From Candidatus Aenigmatarchaeota archaeon (GTDB lineage: Archaea; Aenigmatarchaeota; Aenigmatarchaeia; QMZS01): DNA of 50,780 nucleotides. Of the stretch, positions 35,301 to 44,573 are shown one piece after another. Numbering within the stretch: position 1 is the stretch's first letter; each line of letters begins with the position of its first letter. The translations under genes and the position numbers were made by a program. The notes under the pieces were generated by a model. It made no database searches and was not told the DNA's origin. It saw nothing but the letters and a program-made list of their open reading frames with translations. The stretch covers positions 1 through 50,780 of the forward strand of contig JAUVLW010000003.1 in assembly GCA_030600555.1 (NCBI GenBank). The letters are read 5' to 3'.

Positions 35301-38300
35301 ACAGTAAATATTAAATAATCCAAAGTATCGTTCCAATTATAAGATAAATCTTTTGCATAAATTTTTACAGAATGCTCTCCAACCAACCAAGTTGAATTTG
35401 TATCTATTGTATAATTTGTCCAGTTTTGTGGGTTGGGAGAAGGCAAAGTCATTGTATAATTCTGAAAAGAACTTGTTGTTGAATTAAATTCTACCTGTGA
35501 TTCATTTATTGATTCATTCCACCTTGCATAAACAACAAGCGAATTCCCTCTATATAAATCAACCGTACTCAAATCATAGAGGTTATTATATAAAACAGGC
35601 GGATCACCCTCATATAAAATAATATGATAATTTGAATAATCTTCTTCTATTAAACTGGAAGTCTCTAATTTAAAATGCACTCCATAATCTTCACCATTTA
35701 AGGTTATGTTAACAACATAATAAAAAGTAATATTGTTACCAACACCAATACTTCCTCCCAACGAAGTATTCCAGTTTATTTTTCCCACGGAAAAATTACC
35801 TCCTGTAAAATTATGCGTGGAATTGCTATACCATATATCATTTATTCCGTCCACAGTCCAGGAATCATTTAGATATTCGTGGAAGATTGAATCAGAAGAT
35901 TGAATGCTCCATCCCGCTGAACTATTTTCATCATTATTAATAATGAGTTCAACTCGATAAACTTTAGAAGTATATAAATTAAAGGATTTATTTAATCCAT
36001 TTCCAATTAAATCTGAAATATCCGAATGAGTATCTTTTCCTGTAACATCATATATTTTTATCTCCTGTAGACTCAAATCTATTGAAGATGAAATTATATT
36101 AAACTCATAACTGCCATTAATACCACTTCCATTATCTATCTGCAAAACATTTCCTGAAGAATCCCTTAAAACCGCATAAATACGATAAGAACCAGGGGTT
36201 TCTTTGCTGGTGTTCCAAGAAATTGTATTCCAAATTCCGGCCAAATCCAAAGCCTCACCAGAAATTATCTTCCTGGAAAAAGTCTCATTAATAGTTGTAT
36301 TTACAACAACCCAATCTCCACTAACATTTGAGTAAACCTGCATCAACAAATAACCGGTTATATCTGTAGAACCTATATTTGAAAGACAGGAACCATTATT
36401 CCAAGTAACATTCCAATTAGTTATAATTGGTGAACTTGAGGTGTTTGTTGTTGACATATTTGCATATACTTTTATTGAACTCGCGCCTGAAGCGCAAGAA
36501 TGAATATCATATCCTGAACTGGCTTCTGCAGAAGTTATTGCGCACAACACCGAATTATCAGAAGTGTCTAATAAATTATAAGTGACCTCTGTTCCTGTTT
36601 GCACTGTAGCCTCAACAAAAAATTTATCCCAACCCGCAAGATGTGTTGGAGTTATTGGTACTGAAGTTAGATTCCCTTTGAGTTCATATCCATCATATTC
36701 CACATCCAGTTTAACATAATCAACATATAAATATTCACTGGTGGTCTCTGAACCCCATATCCAAAGTATATGACCACTTCCATTAACCACATCTAAAAAC
36801 CCTGAAGTAAGAGAACCTTCAACAGTTGTATCTGGTGGATTTTGTGTCACTTGCTGTTGGACAACCTGTATCCATGAACTGCAATTTGGAAGAGTTGCTG
36901 TATTAGCTGTGAGATTGCAAACATATACTCTGCTGGTAACATCCACACTCCCATACCCTTCTCCAGTAAAATTTATTCTTGTAATTTTAGAAGCATTTTG
37001 AGCAAGTCTCATCTGAGTTCTAATCCACATCCGGTCTCCAACACCAGGGTCAGGCAATTGCCAACGAGTACCCCCTGAGATTGCAATAGCGGTGTAATCT
37101 GTTGATGTAGCTGCAACTTCACTATTTGGATTGCTTTCAGGAGGCGCATTATTTGATTCTACAGACCACGCCCAGCAATCTGTTCCTGTGGTGCAGGAAT
37201 CAAAATCATAGGTTGTTGAATAAGCGGTTTCATTAAGTCTTGCTGTTCCATCAGTTATATCATAATCAGAAGATAAAGAAGAATTTATTTTTGTCTCATC
37301 ACTGAAATTATCTTCCCAGGAACCTAAACCGCAAGCTGTGAGATTAACCATTTTATTTGGTTCATAAGAATTTTTCTCAGTCAAAATTTTTATTGAAGCA
37401 TTTGCCTTAACATAAAAATAATGATTAACAGACTGATTTGTTTTTCCTGCTGTGTCATTAGTCCAAATATAATAGATATAAGTGCCTAACTGCCAGGTAT
37501 TTGTAAAATTATATTCATAAATATCCTCAGTATTATTGGTCATAGAATAATAATTAGTTTGTGAATCCGGATCTGTTATATAAACTCTTACTAAATCCAC
37601 ACCTTCTTCGTCAGTTACATTCACCTGTATTGTAACATTGTATCCATACCCGACTATTTGCGGTGTTGCTGAAATATCCATAATCAAAGGCACATCATGC
37701 ACAGTTATTGTTGTTGTATTTTCACGAGAATTTGTGTATTTGGTTTCAGAACCCAGATAAGTAATATTTATTGTATGGGTGCCTACTGAAGCGCCACCCA
37801 GGATTATATAATTCGCCCTTGCCCAACCACCTGAATCTGTTGTATCTGAACCAATATCCTGTGAAGCAGTCTCATCCCTAAAAGATACAGTTTCTCCAAC
37901 CATAACACTTCCATTATCATACAACAACCTTGTGGATAACTGAATTGTTTCTCCCCTAACAGGGTCTGAATTATTTGAACCAATATTCGCAAAAGAAGTA
38001 TTTGCATGTACGGTAATATAACGTATTTTCCATGCTGCGCCAAAATTATCCGAGGTTGATTCTAATTCAACCTGTTGCTGTCCAAGTTCTGCTCCGATTA
38101 ATAAATTAACAGTAATATTATTCCAATCAAGTTCAGAAGGACTTAAATTCCCTACAAATTTATTTAGATTTCCTGTGGTATTTACCCAATTTGAAGGAAG
38201 AGTCCAGTTTGAAACAACCTCTAATGCATCCTGAGAAGAATTTTCATTAATAACATAACCCTTTAAATCAGTTGTGTTTCCTCTGGTTATTTTAACAGGG

Positions 38301-41300
38301 TAATATGTTATATTAACGTCCATGGCTCCTCCAACCCTCACCTCTAAAATTTTATTCTGCAACTCTTCCCTTGAATGGAATTCAGAACCGGGGTTTGTAT
38401 AATTTAAAGTAGCATTTATGTTATAATCTCCTGCGGGAGTTGATGAATTGGTGGATATATTAAAAGTAGCCACTGAACCTGAACTTATATTTCCCAAATC
38501 ACAATAATCATTGGTGGTCCCTTCACACACACAAACCAAACCAAGTATATTAGGACAGTTTATTTTTACCGCAACATCAGTGAGATTTTCAGAGAAAGGA
38601 TTATTTATAGTAAAATTATAGGCGGTAAATTCGCCGGTGTCTATTTCTGATGGATCTAACACTGAAGAAACATTTTGTTTTAAATCATGTATTTTAAATA
38701 TATAAGAATGATTTTCGACATAATTTCCTCCCGGGTCCCAGGTCAGCGAAATATTCCACTTGAAATCATAAGTCCCTGTAGCAGCATCAGAAGGAATAAA
38801 ATAACCTTGCGTACTATTGTCAAATCTTTTCTCGCAGGTTTCATCTTTATTTATTGTGCCGCATGATTTTGTTTCATCCGGACCCCACGAAACCTTATTA
38901 TCAGAATTATCCAAAATATTCAGAGATATATTTGCATTAAGAGCAGTAGCATTTTTACTGGTAATTGTAATATTTATCCATTCCAGAGTATCTTCAAGTT
39001 CATATTCATTCACTCCATAAGTATACTCATTTTCATGTTCCACATTTGAAATAAGCAATTCAGCAGAGATTATTGTGAAATTGTATGTTGCTTCTATGTT
39101 ATAACCATTTGTATCTGTAAGAATTCCGCTATCAGGATTCCTTATGCTAGAATGAACCCGGTATAAACCACCATCATGACTATCAGTGTCCCACGCCCCA
39201 TTACTCACCCATACTGCTGAAATATCCAAACTGTTTCCTGGAATAATAGTTCTTGGCACCCAGTCATCCACCACAGGAATCCCATAATCATTCCAGGTAC
39301 CCCCGCTATATTGCTGTATTCTCATCAACAAATAACCAGTAAGATTATAAGAACCTGTATTCGTAAGTTTTGACTCAATTATATATTCTTCTTCTTCTCC
39401 AAAATCCACATAACTGCTCTGATATTCCGCCATTTCTTTTGTCTGATTTATCCAATCCATACTTCTAACCGTATTTGAAATGCGGACTTCGTCAAGGAAT
39501 CCATTCATATATTCAAGCGAACCAATATCATCTTCTATTCCAAAATATATATGACTATCTGCGGTATCATAAGTATGTGTAAAACCAGAGGCCAACTCTG
39601 AACCTCCCACATACCATCTAAGTGTAGTTCCATCATGCACTATCGCATGGTGTGTCCACACATCGGTTACAGGTGTCACTCCAGTATTCCAATCATTTCC
39701 GCCGCCCCAGCCCCACAAAAACCAATGATTGGTACGCACTGCAATTTCAAAATGTTGAGACGAACCATCTTCACCCCAACCAATAATACCGCATCTATCT
39801 GTATTATCTATGTTAAGCCAAAATTCTATGGTCCTTACAGAATTGCCAGTAATGCCTGCGTCATTAACTGATTCCAAATAATCATCAAGACCATCAAAAT
39901 CATCACCGCCGTCCACTACTGCTGAAGAAAGATGAGCTACCCCATTACCGGGATTGGCATTATTTGCATTTGAAGTTGAATCTTTGCGTACATTAGTTCC
40001 ATTTTCAGATAAATGCCAAACACCAGTATAATTGTTATCCCAAACACCCGTGATATTTTCCGCAGAATTTGCATTGGAATTTCCATAATACATATAAATC
40101 GTTGTTGTCCCTGTTGACAAATTAGGAATCCTGACCCAGACATCTAAATTATTATCTCCGCAATACTCAATTTCATAATCCATCAATGTAGAATTATCAA
40201 TAAATCTAACATCATTGCAATTAACCAGCATTTCAGATTCTTTTGATATATTTAGATAAACCGGAAAATTAATCAAATCAGTAGAACCTGCATTAGATAA
40301 ATTTATCTCCTTCCTGCGAGACCATGAAGAATTCCACCATATTGGATTGAAAATAGAAATATCCGTTAAATTAACCTGATTATTTGGTCCATAAGTATCA
40401 TTCACAGTAGCCACATACATCGCAGCATTCGCAACAACATAAAACGGATAAATTTCACTTGTGCTATTATATCCCGCAGAATTATTTGACCATATATAAT
40501 ATAAATACTCACCGCCTATCCATGTATTGGAATAATTATATTGGTACATTGTTTCAGAAATATTTATCATTTCATAACCTGTATAACTTTCACCAGGTCT
40601 TGCTATATAAACATAAACTTTATTTGCAGTGGTATCCAGCATCTCAGCTGAAATCAGAACAGTTTCTGAATAACCAACAATCTGCGGAGTTGCATTTATT
40701 GTTCCAAACACAGTTATCTTAAATAAATCATTGCCTTCTATTGAAACACCATCATCCCCCTGAAGAACATTTCCATTATCATCTGTCAAAGCAGCATAAA
40801 CCCTGTAAGTTCCGGAAGGACTTGAACCTGTATTCCAGGGATTAGCATTCCATAGAGAACCTATATCAAAATATTCTCCCGCAGAAATATTCCTCAAAAG
40901 AGAAACATTTGTATCATTAATTACCGTATCCACAACATTCCATAAACCTGAAGAATTGGTCTGCACTTGCATTAAAAGATAACCTGAAATATTAGTCTGA
41001 CCTGTATTTAATATAGAAGAACCATTATAAATATTTACCCAAACACCTGTCCAGTTTATCTCATCAATGTTGGAAGAATTATAATAATCAAAATTTATTC
41101 CTCTTATCCTTAAATCCCGGTTTTCTTCAGTTTCCCAGGATTCCAATATTGTTAAATTAGTTGTAAAAAGACTTACATTACCCGTTCCAGTAACATTAAA
41201 ATTACCAATCAAAACCCAATCAGAACCATCATATAATTCCAATTGCAAATCCGAATTATTATTTCCCCTTAAAGTAGAACCTGAATTATCATAAACCGGC

Positions 41301-44300
41301 ACATCCACAATAATTTCTATTTTGTTTAGCTCATTTAAAGCCCCGGAAATAACTTCTGTATAATTTGTATAGGTGGTATTTGCTTCTATTTCTGGAGGAG
41401 GTCCTATGGTCGCAGAAACATTTATTTCATCTATATATACATTATCATCATTTCCTGTTGCATCGCACTGAAAACGGATTTTCGAAGTTGTTGAAAAAGT
41501 ATAACTGGTTTCATTAATATACACGGTCTCATTATAAAATAAATCATTTACAAATTCAGTATTGTGATTATAATCTGCCACAGTATCCCATGAAGACCCA
41601 TCATCATCAGAATATCTCACCCAAAAATCTTCATCATCATCCATACTCAAAGCATAAAACCAAAAATCAATTTTTATAGATGTATAATCAGGAGTATCTA
41701 CATCCAAGCCATTGGTATGATAAAAAGAAGATGACGTGCCACTGTTGTCCCGGATATTCCCTGCATTAGAACCTTGATGCGCATAAGTGCCTCCAGTATA
41801 TAAAGAACAATCGCCGCCGCCATCAATATAACTCCCAAATCCAGATTCAAAATTATCATAAGTTAAAACAATCCATTCAGGCTCTAACAACCCTGCTTTC
41901 TTTTGCACTGCTCCATTTTCAAGATTATCATAAGTCTTATTTTCAAGCAAATTCAAAATAACATTCTCGTTTAAAGGGTAACTGTTTTTATTTACAGAAA
42001 CCGTTGAAGTTGCATTTCCATGCACATAAATATAAGGGTCATATATTTGGATATTCCCGGTAGTATCATTAGCAATTATTTCATAATAATAAGCTCCTGT
42101 TTTTGCAACCTGAAAAGAATACTGATAAATATCCTGTGAATTATTAACCATAACATAAATTTCAGGACTCCCGCCCGGAGGAGTTAAATTTAAGAGCACC
42201 GTATCAACCGCAATATTATCAGTAACATTCGCCTGCACAGTAACAATCTTCCCAAGACCAAAACTCTGGTTTACAGGAGATACATCAATTATATTTGGTT
42301 TAACAGGATCCTGCGTTATTGTAAGATAATGCGTTTCTTCTGTCGCAGTATAATTTTCATTCCCGCTGAAATTTCCTTTAATCAAATAAATTCCGTGACT
42401 GTAATCCAGCTTAGTTAGATTCTCCAACGGACTTGAACCTGAATCCCAAAGCTGCATTGTTCCTGTTAAATCAGTCCATAGTTCTACAGTCATTCCAGGA
42501 ACACTTAAACTCACCGTAAAATTGGTTGTATCATTTTGATAATAACCCACATCATCGTCTGTTCCGTTTAGGTAAAGGTTCAAAGTTGGTGTTGCTTTTT
42601 GCACTGTAAAAGATTGTGCGGGCATTGAATTATTCCAATTAGCCGCAGTATCATTTGCCCAATAATTCCAGCCCACGACTTCACCCCCTGTGAGTTGAGA
42701 AATGGGAATAATATAATCATAAACTGATCCTAAATTAGAAGGAGTATAATTCTCCCAGGAACCTGTGTAATTTGACCTAAAAATCACTGCGCTCAAATCA
42801 ACATTATCTTCCCATGTTGAATTACATTGAACAGAATCCCCATACTCAGGATTCCCTGAGGGTAATTGTATTACATTAGAATAAATTGGGGGTTGACTAT
42901 CTGTATAAGTTATGTTTAAATAAGGTCTCTGCGAAACAGAACACCCTGTGGGACTGCCAGAAATTGATTCCTTTGAACAAAATAAATCAGCTGTAAGGGA
43001 AGCTGATTCTGGAGTCCTTAATACTAAAGAAATATTAGAATCAACAGCAGCATACTCTATATCAACCATATTAGCCACATTCCAACAGACCCAACCCACT
43101 GCATTAATATTTTGCGTATCTTCTGCAGTAAGATTACAATCGCCTGAATCATCAAACCCTATACCGCATACCTGATTATTCCAAGTAATTCCTGTTTCAG
43201 TTTGCCCGTCCCAAGTATAATCATAAACATGATGCACAGAAGCGCTTGAGGTAGCACCATTGCTATATAAATATATACAAAATTTTGCTTCATCAATAAC
43301 AACACCTGAAGGAATTTCTGAAATATTGAATTTGATATAAATTCTTCGTCTTCTGGCCTGATAGTCTCTAAGAGATAAACTGGTATCTCCTCCGTAATTA
43401 GTATTTACCCGATTACTTCTGCTATTTACATAAGTATCCTCCAGATTTTCTGTATCTGCTGTCTGCAACTGGATTGTTGGGTCAAGCCACAATTCTGTTT
43501 TGTTTCCCACACCACCAATTAGAATTGTTGATTTGTTCACAATAGAAAGATTATAATCTTTAAGCAAATCATTAAATCCAAGATGAATTTCATCATTTAT
43601 TATAATACCTGCCTCGGTTTTTTTAATTTCATCCCAGGCAATCCCTTTAACATCAACCAATTCAAGACCTACATACTCAAAAGCTTCCGCAAGAAAAGAA
43701 GATATATTTGAAATATTTAAACCATATTTATAAACTTCATTATAATCATCTATCACTGCGCCTACTTCAAGTCCGGGAAACATATTCTGCAATTCATTAA
43801 AACTGTATCGGGTTCCCTTATAAATTGCAAAAGTCTGCAGTTCTAAAGAAGAGTTCGGCCATGAAATATAAAAAGAATTATTATTCCATTCAAAATCAAC
43901 AACATCTGTGAAATTAACATGAACTCCTGCTGAATCCACTAAAGTTTTTGTAGGTGAATTTATAATTAGACTGCATTCGCTTGATGCGCATTTCTGTGTT
44001 GGTTGTAAAGTTTTTATAGATAATGTTGAAAAATTTGTTACTGGTAGAATTTCAGGCTCGGAGGTAACAGTTGTAACTATTTTAATTGGAATTGCCGGCA
44101 CCTCAGATATAATTTTTGTTTCTTCTTTTACAAAAATCTCAGGGTTTTCTTTCACAGGCTCTTCCACAAAAACAACATCTTTCACAATTATAATTTTGGT
44201 TTCATCCCCGCATTTAATTAAATATTCCCCAGACTCTTGAAGGATATATTCTAGAGTTCCAAGACTTTTTTCTTTTAATTCTCCATCTTTATAGACCTCG

Positions 44301-44485
44301 ATATTTCCGAAACAGGTTATTGAAATTTTTGTTCCAATTGCAAAATTATCCGCAGTTCCAAAACCAGATTCTACCCTCAGAGTATTATAAGACTGGCTGA
44401 ACACAATTCCAGAACCAAACTGAAGTACAAATACTAAAAACACAATCAGCAAGATAACTGTCGACACTTTTAACTCTGCACGCAT
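32315..44485 (-). CDS. Giant (4056 aa) sequon-rich surface protein with a DUF2341-LamG core and many Ig/FN3-like repeats
   Basis: Single uninterrupted 12.2-kb ORF with an N-terminal TM/signal VSTVILLIVFLVFVLQF. No C-terminal TM. Confidence 0.92.
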   Translation of the reverse strand: MRAELKVSTVILLIVFLVFVLQFGSGIVFSQSYNTLRVESGFGTADNFAIGTKISITCFGNIEVYKDGELKEKSLGTLEYILQESGEYLIKCGDETKIIIVKDVVFVEEPVKENPEIFVKEETKIISEVPAIPIKIVTTVTSEPEILPVTNFSTLSIKTLQPTQKCASSECSLIINSPTKTLVDSAGVHVNFTDVVDFEWNNNSFYISWPNSSLELQTFAIYKGTRYSFNELQNMFPGLEVGAVIDDYNEVYKYGLNISNISSFLAEAFEYVGLELVDVKGIAWDEIKKTEAGIIINDEIHLGFNDLLKDYNLSIVNKSTILIGGVGNKTELWLDPTIQLQTADTENLEDTYVNSRSNRVNTNYGGDTSLSLRDYQARRRRIYIKFNISEIPSGVVIDEAKFCIYLYSNGATSSASVHHVYDYTWDGQTETGITWNNQVCGIGFDDSGDCNLTAEDTQNINAVGWVCWNVANMVDIEYAAVDSNISLVLRTPESASLTADLFCSKESISGSPTGCSVSQRPYLNITYTDSQPPIYSNVIQLPSGNPEYGDSVQCNSTWEDNVDLSAVIFRSNYTGSWENYTPSNLGSVYDYIIPISQLTGGEVVGWNYWANDTAANWNNSMPAQSFTVQKATPTLNLYLNGTDDDVGYYQNDTTNFTVSLSVPGMTVELWTDLTGTMQLWDSGSSPLENLTKLDYSHGIYLIKGNFSGNENYTATEETHYLTITQDPVKPNIIDVSPVNQSFGLGKIVTVQANVTDNIAVDTVLLNLTPPGGSPEIYVMVNNSQDIYQYSFQVAKTGAYYYEIIANDTTGNIQIYDPYIYVHGNATSTVSVNKNSYPLNENVILNLLENKTYDNLENGAVQKKAGLLEPEWIVLTYDNFESGFGSYIDGGGDCSLYTGGTYAHQGSNAGNIRDNSGTSSSFYHTNGLDVDTPDYTSIKIDFWFYALSMDDDEDFWVRYSDDDGSSWDTVADYNHNTEFVNDLFYNETVYINETSYTFSTTSKIRFQCDATGNDDNVYIDEINVSATIGPPPEIEANTTYTNYTEVISGALNELNKIEIIVDVPVYDNSGSTLRGNNNSDLQLELYDGSDWVLIGNFNVTGTGNVSLFTTNLTILESWETEENRDLRIRGINFDYYNSSNIDEINWTGVWVNIYNGSSILNTGQTNISGYLLMQVQTNSSGLWNVVDTVINDTNVSLLRNISAGEYFDIGSLWNANPWNTGSSPSGTYRVYAALTDDNGNVLQGDDGVSIEGNDLFKITVFGTINATPQIVGYSETVLISAEMLDTTANKVYVYIARPGESYTGYEMINISETMYQYNYSNTWIGGEYLYYIWSNNSAGYNSTSEIYPFYVVANAAMYVATVNDTYGPNNQVNLTDISIFNPIWWNSSWSRRKEINLSNAGSTDLINFPVYLNISKESEMLVNCNDVRFIDNSTLMDYEIEYCGDNNLDVWVRIPNLSTGTTTIYMYYGNSNANSAENITGVWDNNYTGVWHLSENGTNVRKDSTSNANNANPGNGVAHLSSAVVDGGDDFDGLDDYLESVNDAGITGNSVRTIEFWLNIDNTDRCGIIGWGEDGSSQHFEIAVRTNHWFLWGWGGGNDWNTGVTPVTDVWTHHAIVHDGTTLRWYVGGSELASGFTHTYDTADSHIYFGIEDDIGSLEYMNGFLDEVRISNTVRSMDWINQTKEMAEYQSSYVDFGEEEEYIIESKLTNTGSYNLTGYLLMRIQQYSGGTWNDYGIPVVDDWVPRTIIPGNSLDISAVWVSNGAWDTDSHDGGLYRVHSSIRNPDSGILTDTNGYNIEATYNFTIISAELLISNVEHENEYTYGVNEYELEDTLEWINITITSKNATALNANISLNILDNSDNKVSWGPDETKSCGTINKDETCEKRFDNSTQGYFIPSDAATGTYDFKWNISLTWDPGGNYVENHSYIFKIHDLKQNVSSVLDPSEIDTGEFTAYNFTINNPFSENLTDVAVKINCPNILGLVCVCEGTTNDYCDLGNISSGSVATFNISTNSSTPAGDYNINATLNYTNPGSEFHSREELQNKILEVRVGGAMDVNITYYPVKITRGNTTDLKGYVINENSSQDALEVVSNWTLPSNWVNTTGNLNKFVGNLSPSELDWNNITVNLLIGAELGQQQVELESTSDNFGAAWKIRYITVHANTSFANIGSNNSDPVRGETIQLSTRLLYDNGSVMVGETVSFRDETASQDIGSDTTDSGGWARANYIILGGASVGTHTINITYLGSETKYTNSRENTTTITVHDVPLIMDISATPQIVGYGYNVTIQVNVTDEEGVDLVRVYITDPDSQTNYYSMTNNTEDIYEYNFTNTWQLGTYIYYIWTNDTAGKTNQSVNHYFYVKANASIKILTEKNSYEPNKMVNLTACGLGSWEDNFSDETKINSSLSSDYDITDGTARLNETAYSTTYDFDSCTTGTDCWAWSVESNNAPPESNPNSEVAATSTDYTAIAISGGTRWQLPDPGVGDRMWIRTQMRLAQNASKITRINFTGEGYGSVDVTSRVYVCNLTANTATLPNCSSWIQVVQQQVTQNPPDTTVEGSLTSGFLDVVNGSGHILWIWGSETTSEYLYVDYVKLDVEYDGYELKGNLTSVPITPTHLAGWDKFFVEATVQTGTEVTYNLLDTSDNSVLCAITSAEASSGYDIHSCASGASSIKVYANMSTTNTSSSPIITNWNVTWNNGSCLSNIGSTDITGYLLMQVYSNVSGDWVVVNTTINETFSRKIISGEALDLAGIWNTISWNTSKETPGSYRIYAVLRDSSGNVLQIDNGSGINGSYEFNIISSSIDLSLQEIKIYDVTGKDTHSDISDLIGNGLNKSFNLYTSKVYRVELIINNDENSSAGWSIQSSDSIFHEYLNDSWTVDGINDIWYSNSTHNFTGGNFSVGKINWNTSLGGSIGVGNNITFYYVVNITLNGEDYGVHFKLETSSLIEEDYSNYHIILYEGDPPVLYNNLYDLSTVDLYRGNSLVVYARWNESINESQVEFNSTTSSFQNYTMTLPSPNPQNWTNYTIDTNSTWLVGEHSVKIYAKDLSYNWNDTLDYLIFTVWGLASLTNSSLDPSVIQPGQSTTMRCRVTDDNSTPISDYTVSFYNSTGLLGTNTTNSTGWAEYSFVDNSLGFENITCNITDPISMYYDASSQDGLVELLETSENQPPNYSNVGPDNGTVVHKNDPTIIYSYWQDNFELCYAILSTNETGVWENKTSYGSPMDLNDTGSWANFTWSNISITPGEIYWKIYANDTFGNLNQTNIFYLNVWGWSEISEHFLNPSTIEPGNSTTMFCKVRDADSSASIFNYTVSFYNSTGLLGTNTTNSTGWAEYSFVDNSLGYENITCNITDASFLYYNASSQNEGKSILDTKTGDTKPPVLYNDIYDLNDTVVWKGESVLVYARWNESINESQAEFNSTTDSFQNYTITLPSLNPQNWTNYTIDTDSTWLVGEHSVKIYTKDQNNNWNDSLPYKNFYVWGKSNLTWNAPTGSVYRGDVTFSCNVTDIYNSGDVANYLVYFYNSTASIGSNTTDENGTAYFTYDISEYPVGSNSFSCKIYDAPSIYYNTSTGIPITRSNTLTVKGLLNTTIAYPAANMVFHRGETIDLNSTTIDENSNSVTPDSVLWHNSTSQIATGEDTNWTIPVDYKLGPETIKVNSSKIYYDDGINNVSIEIWGWSNITWGTPAGGNYSVGTLIDLTCSVKDVNTSDEIENYPVYFYYQNSTEGGWHFISLSTTNLTGIAIVSWDTSGLSADNYTTMCNITHNSTVYYNTTEKNEANATIGLNSSVSNSNFEVSLMLPPSIPGKGDADSNEGYKVGMDRIFVLKANVTCRGGDCGVVQGTIRYNSSGTEPDTAVSVGYATPFYVIDSSNGTAQNPVSCGTLNENESCLLNWTINSTGNLHTLWNLDVLFTGTQSSNNNTNNTKIDISIVLIMSLSNNQLSATVEPSWPSVNKVELAGGPVYVTINENSNDAEGIYIKGSNLTGPSGYSIYVENMSYAFVNNSGVGADITESYQDMVSPAPAGTNQSTYYWINTPQGITTGYYYGYIYIMANATG
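39420..40346 (-). other. DUF2341 + LamG_3 (concanavalin-like) domain region of the 4056-aa protein
   Basis: PIWWNSSWSRRKEINLSN..FPVYLNI..VRFID..DVWVRIPNL..IYMYYGN (DUF2341 pattern). Then VWHLSE..DGLDDYLES..RTIEFWLN..WTHHAIVHDGTTLRWYVGG..GFLDEVRISNTVRSMDWI (LamG_3 pattern). Confidence 0.75.
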
Positions 44486-44573
44486 AATTATCTATGGAAT
44501 GTTTAATTATTGAATGTATGGGGCAATATTGACAAGATATCAGGCTTCAACCTAAATTAATTCGACAGAAAAA

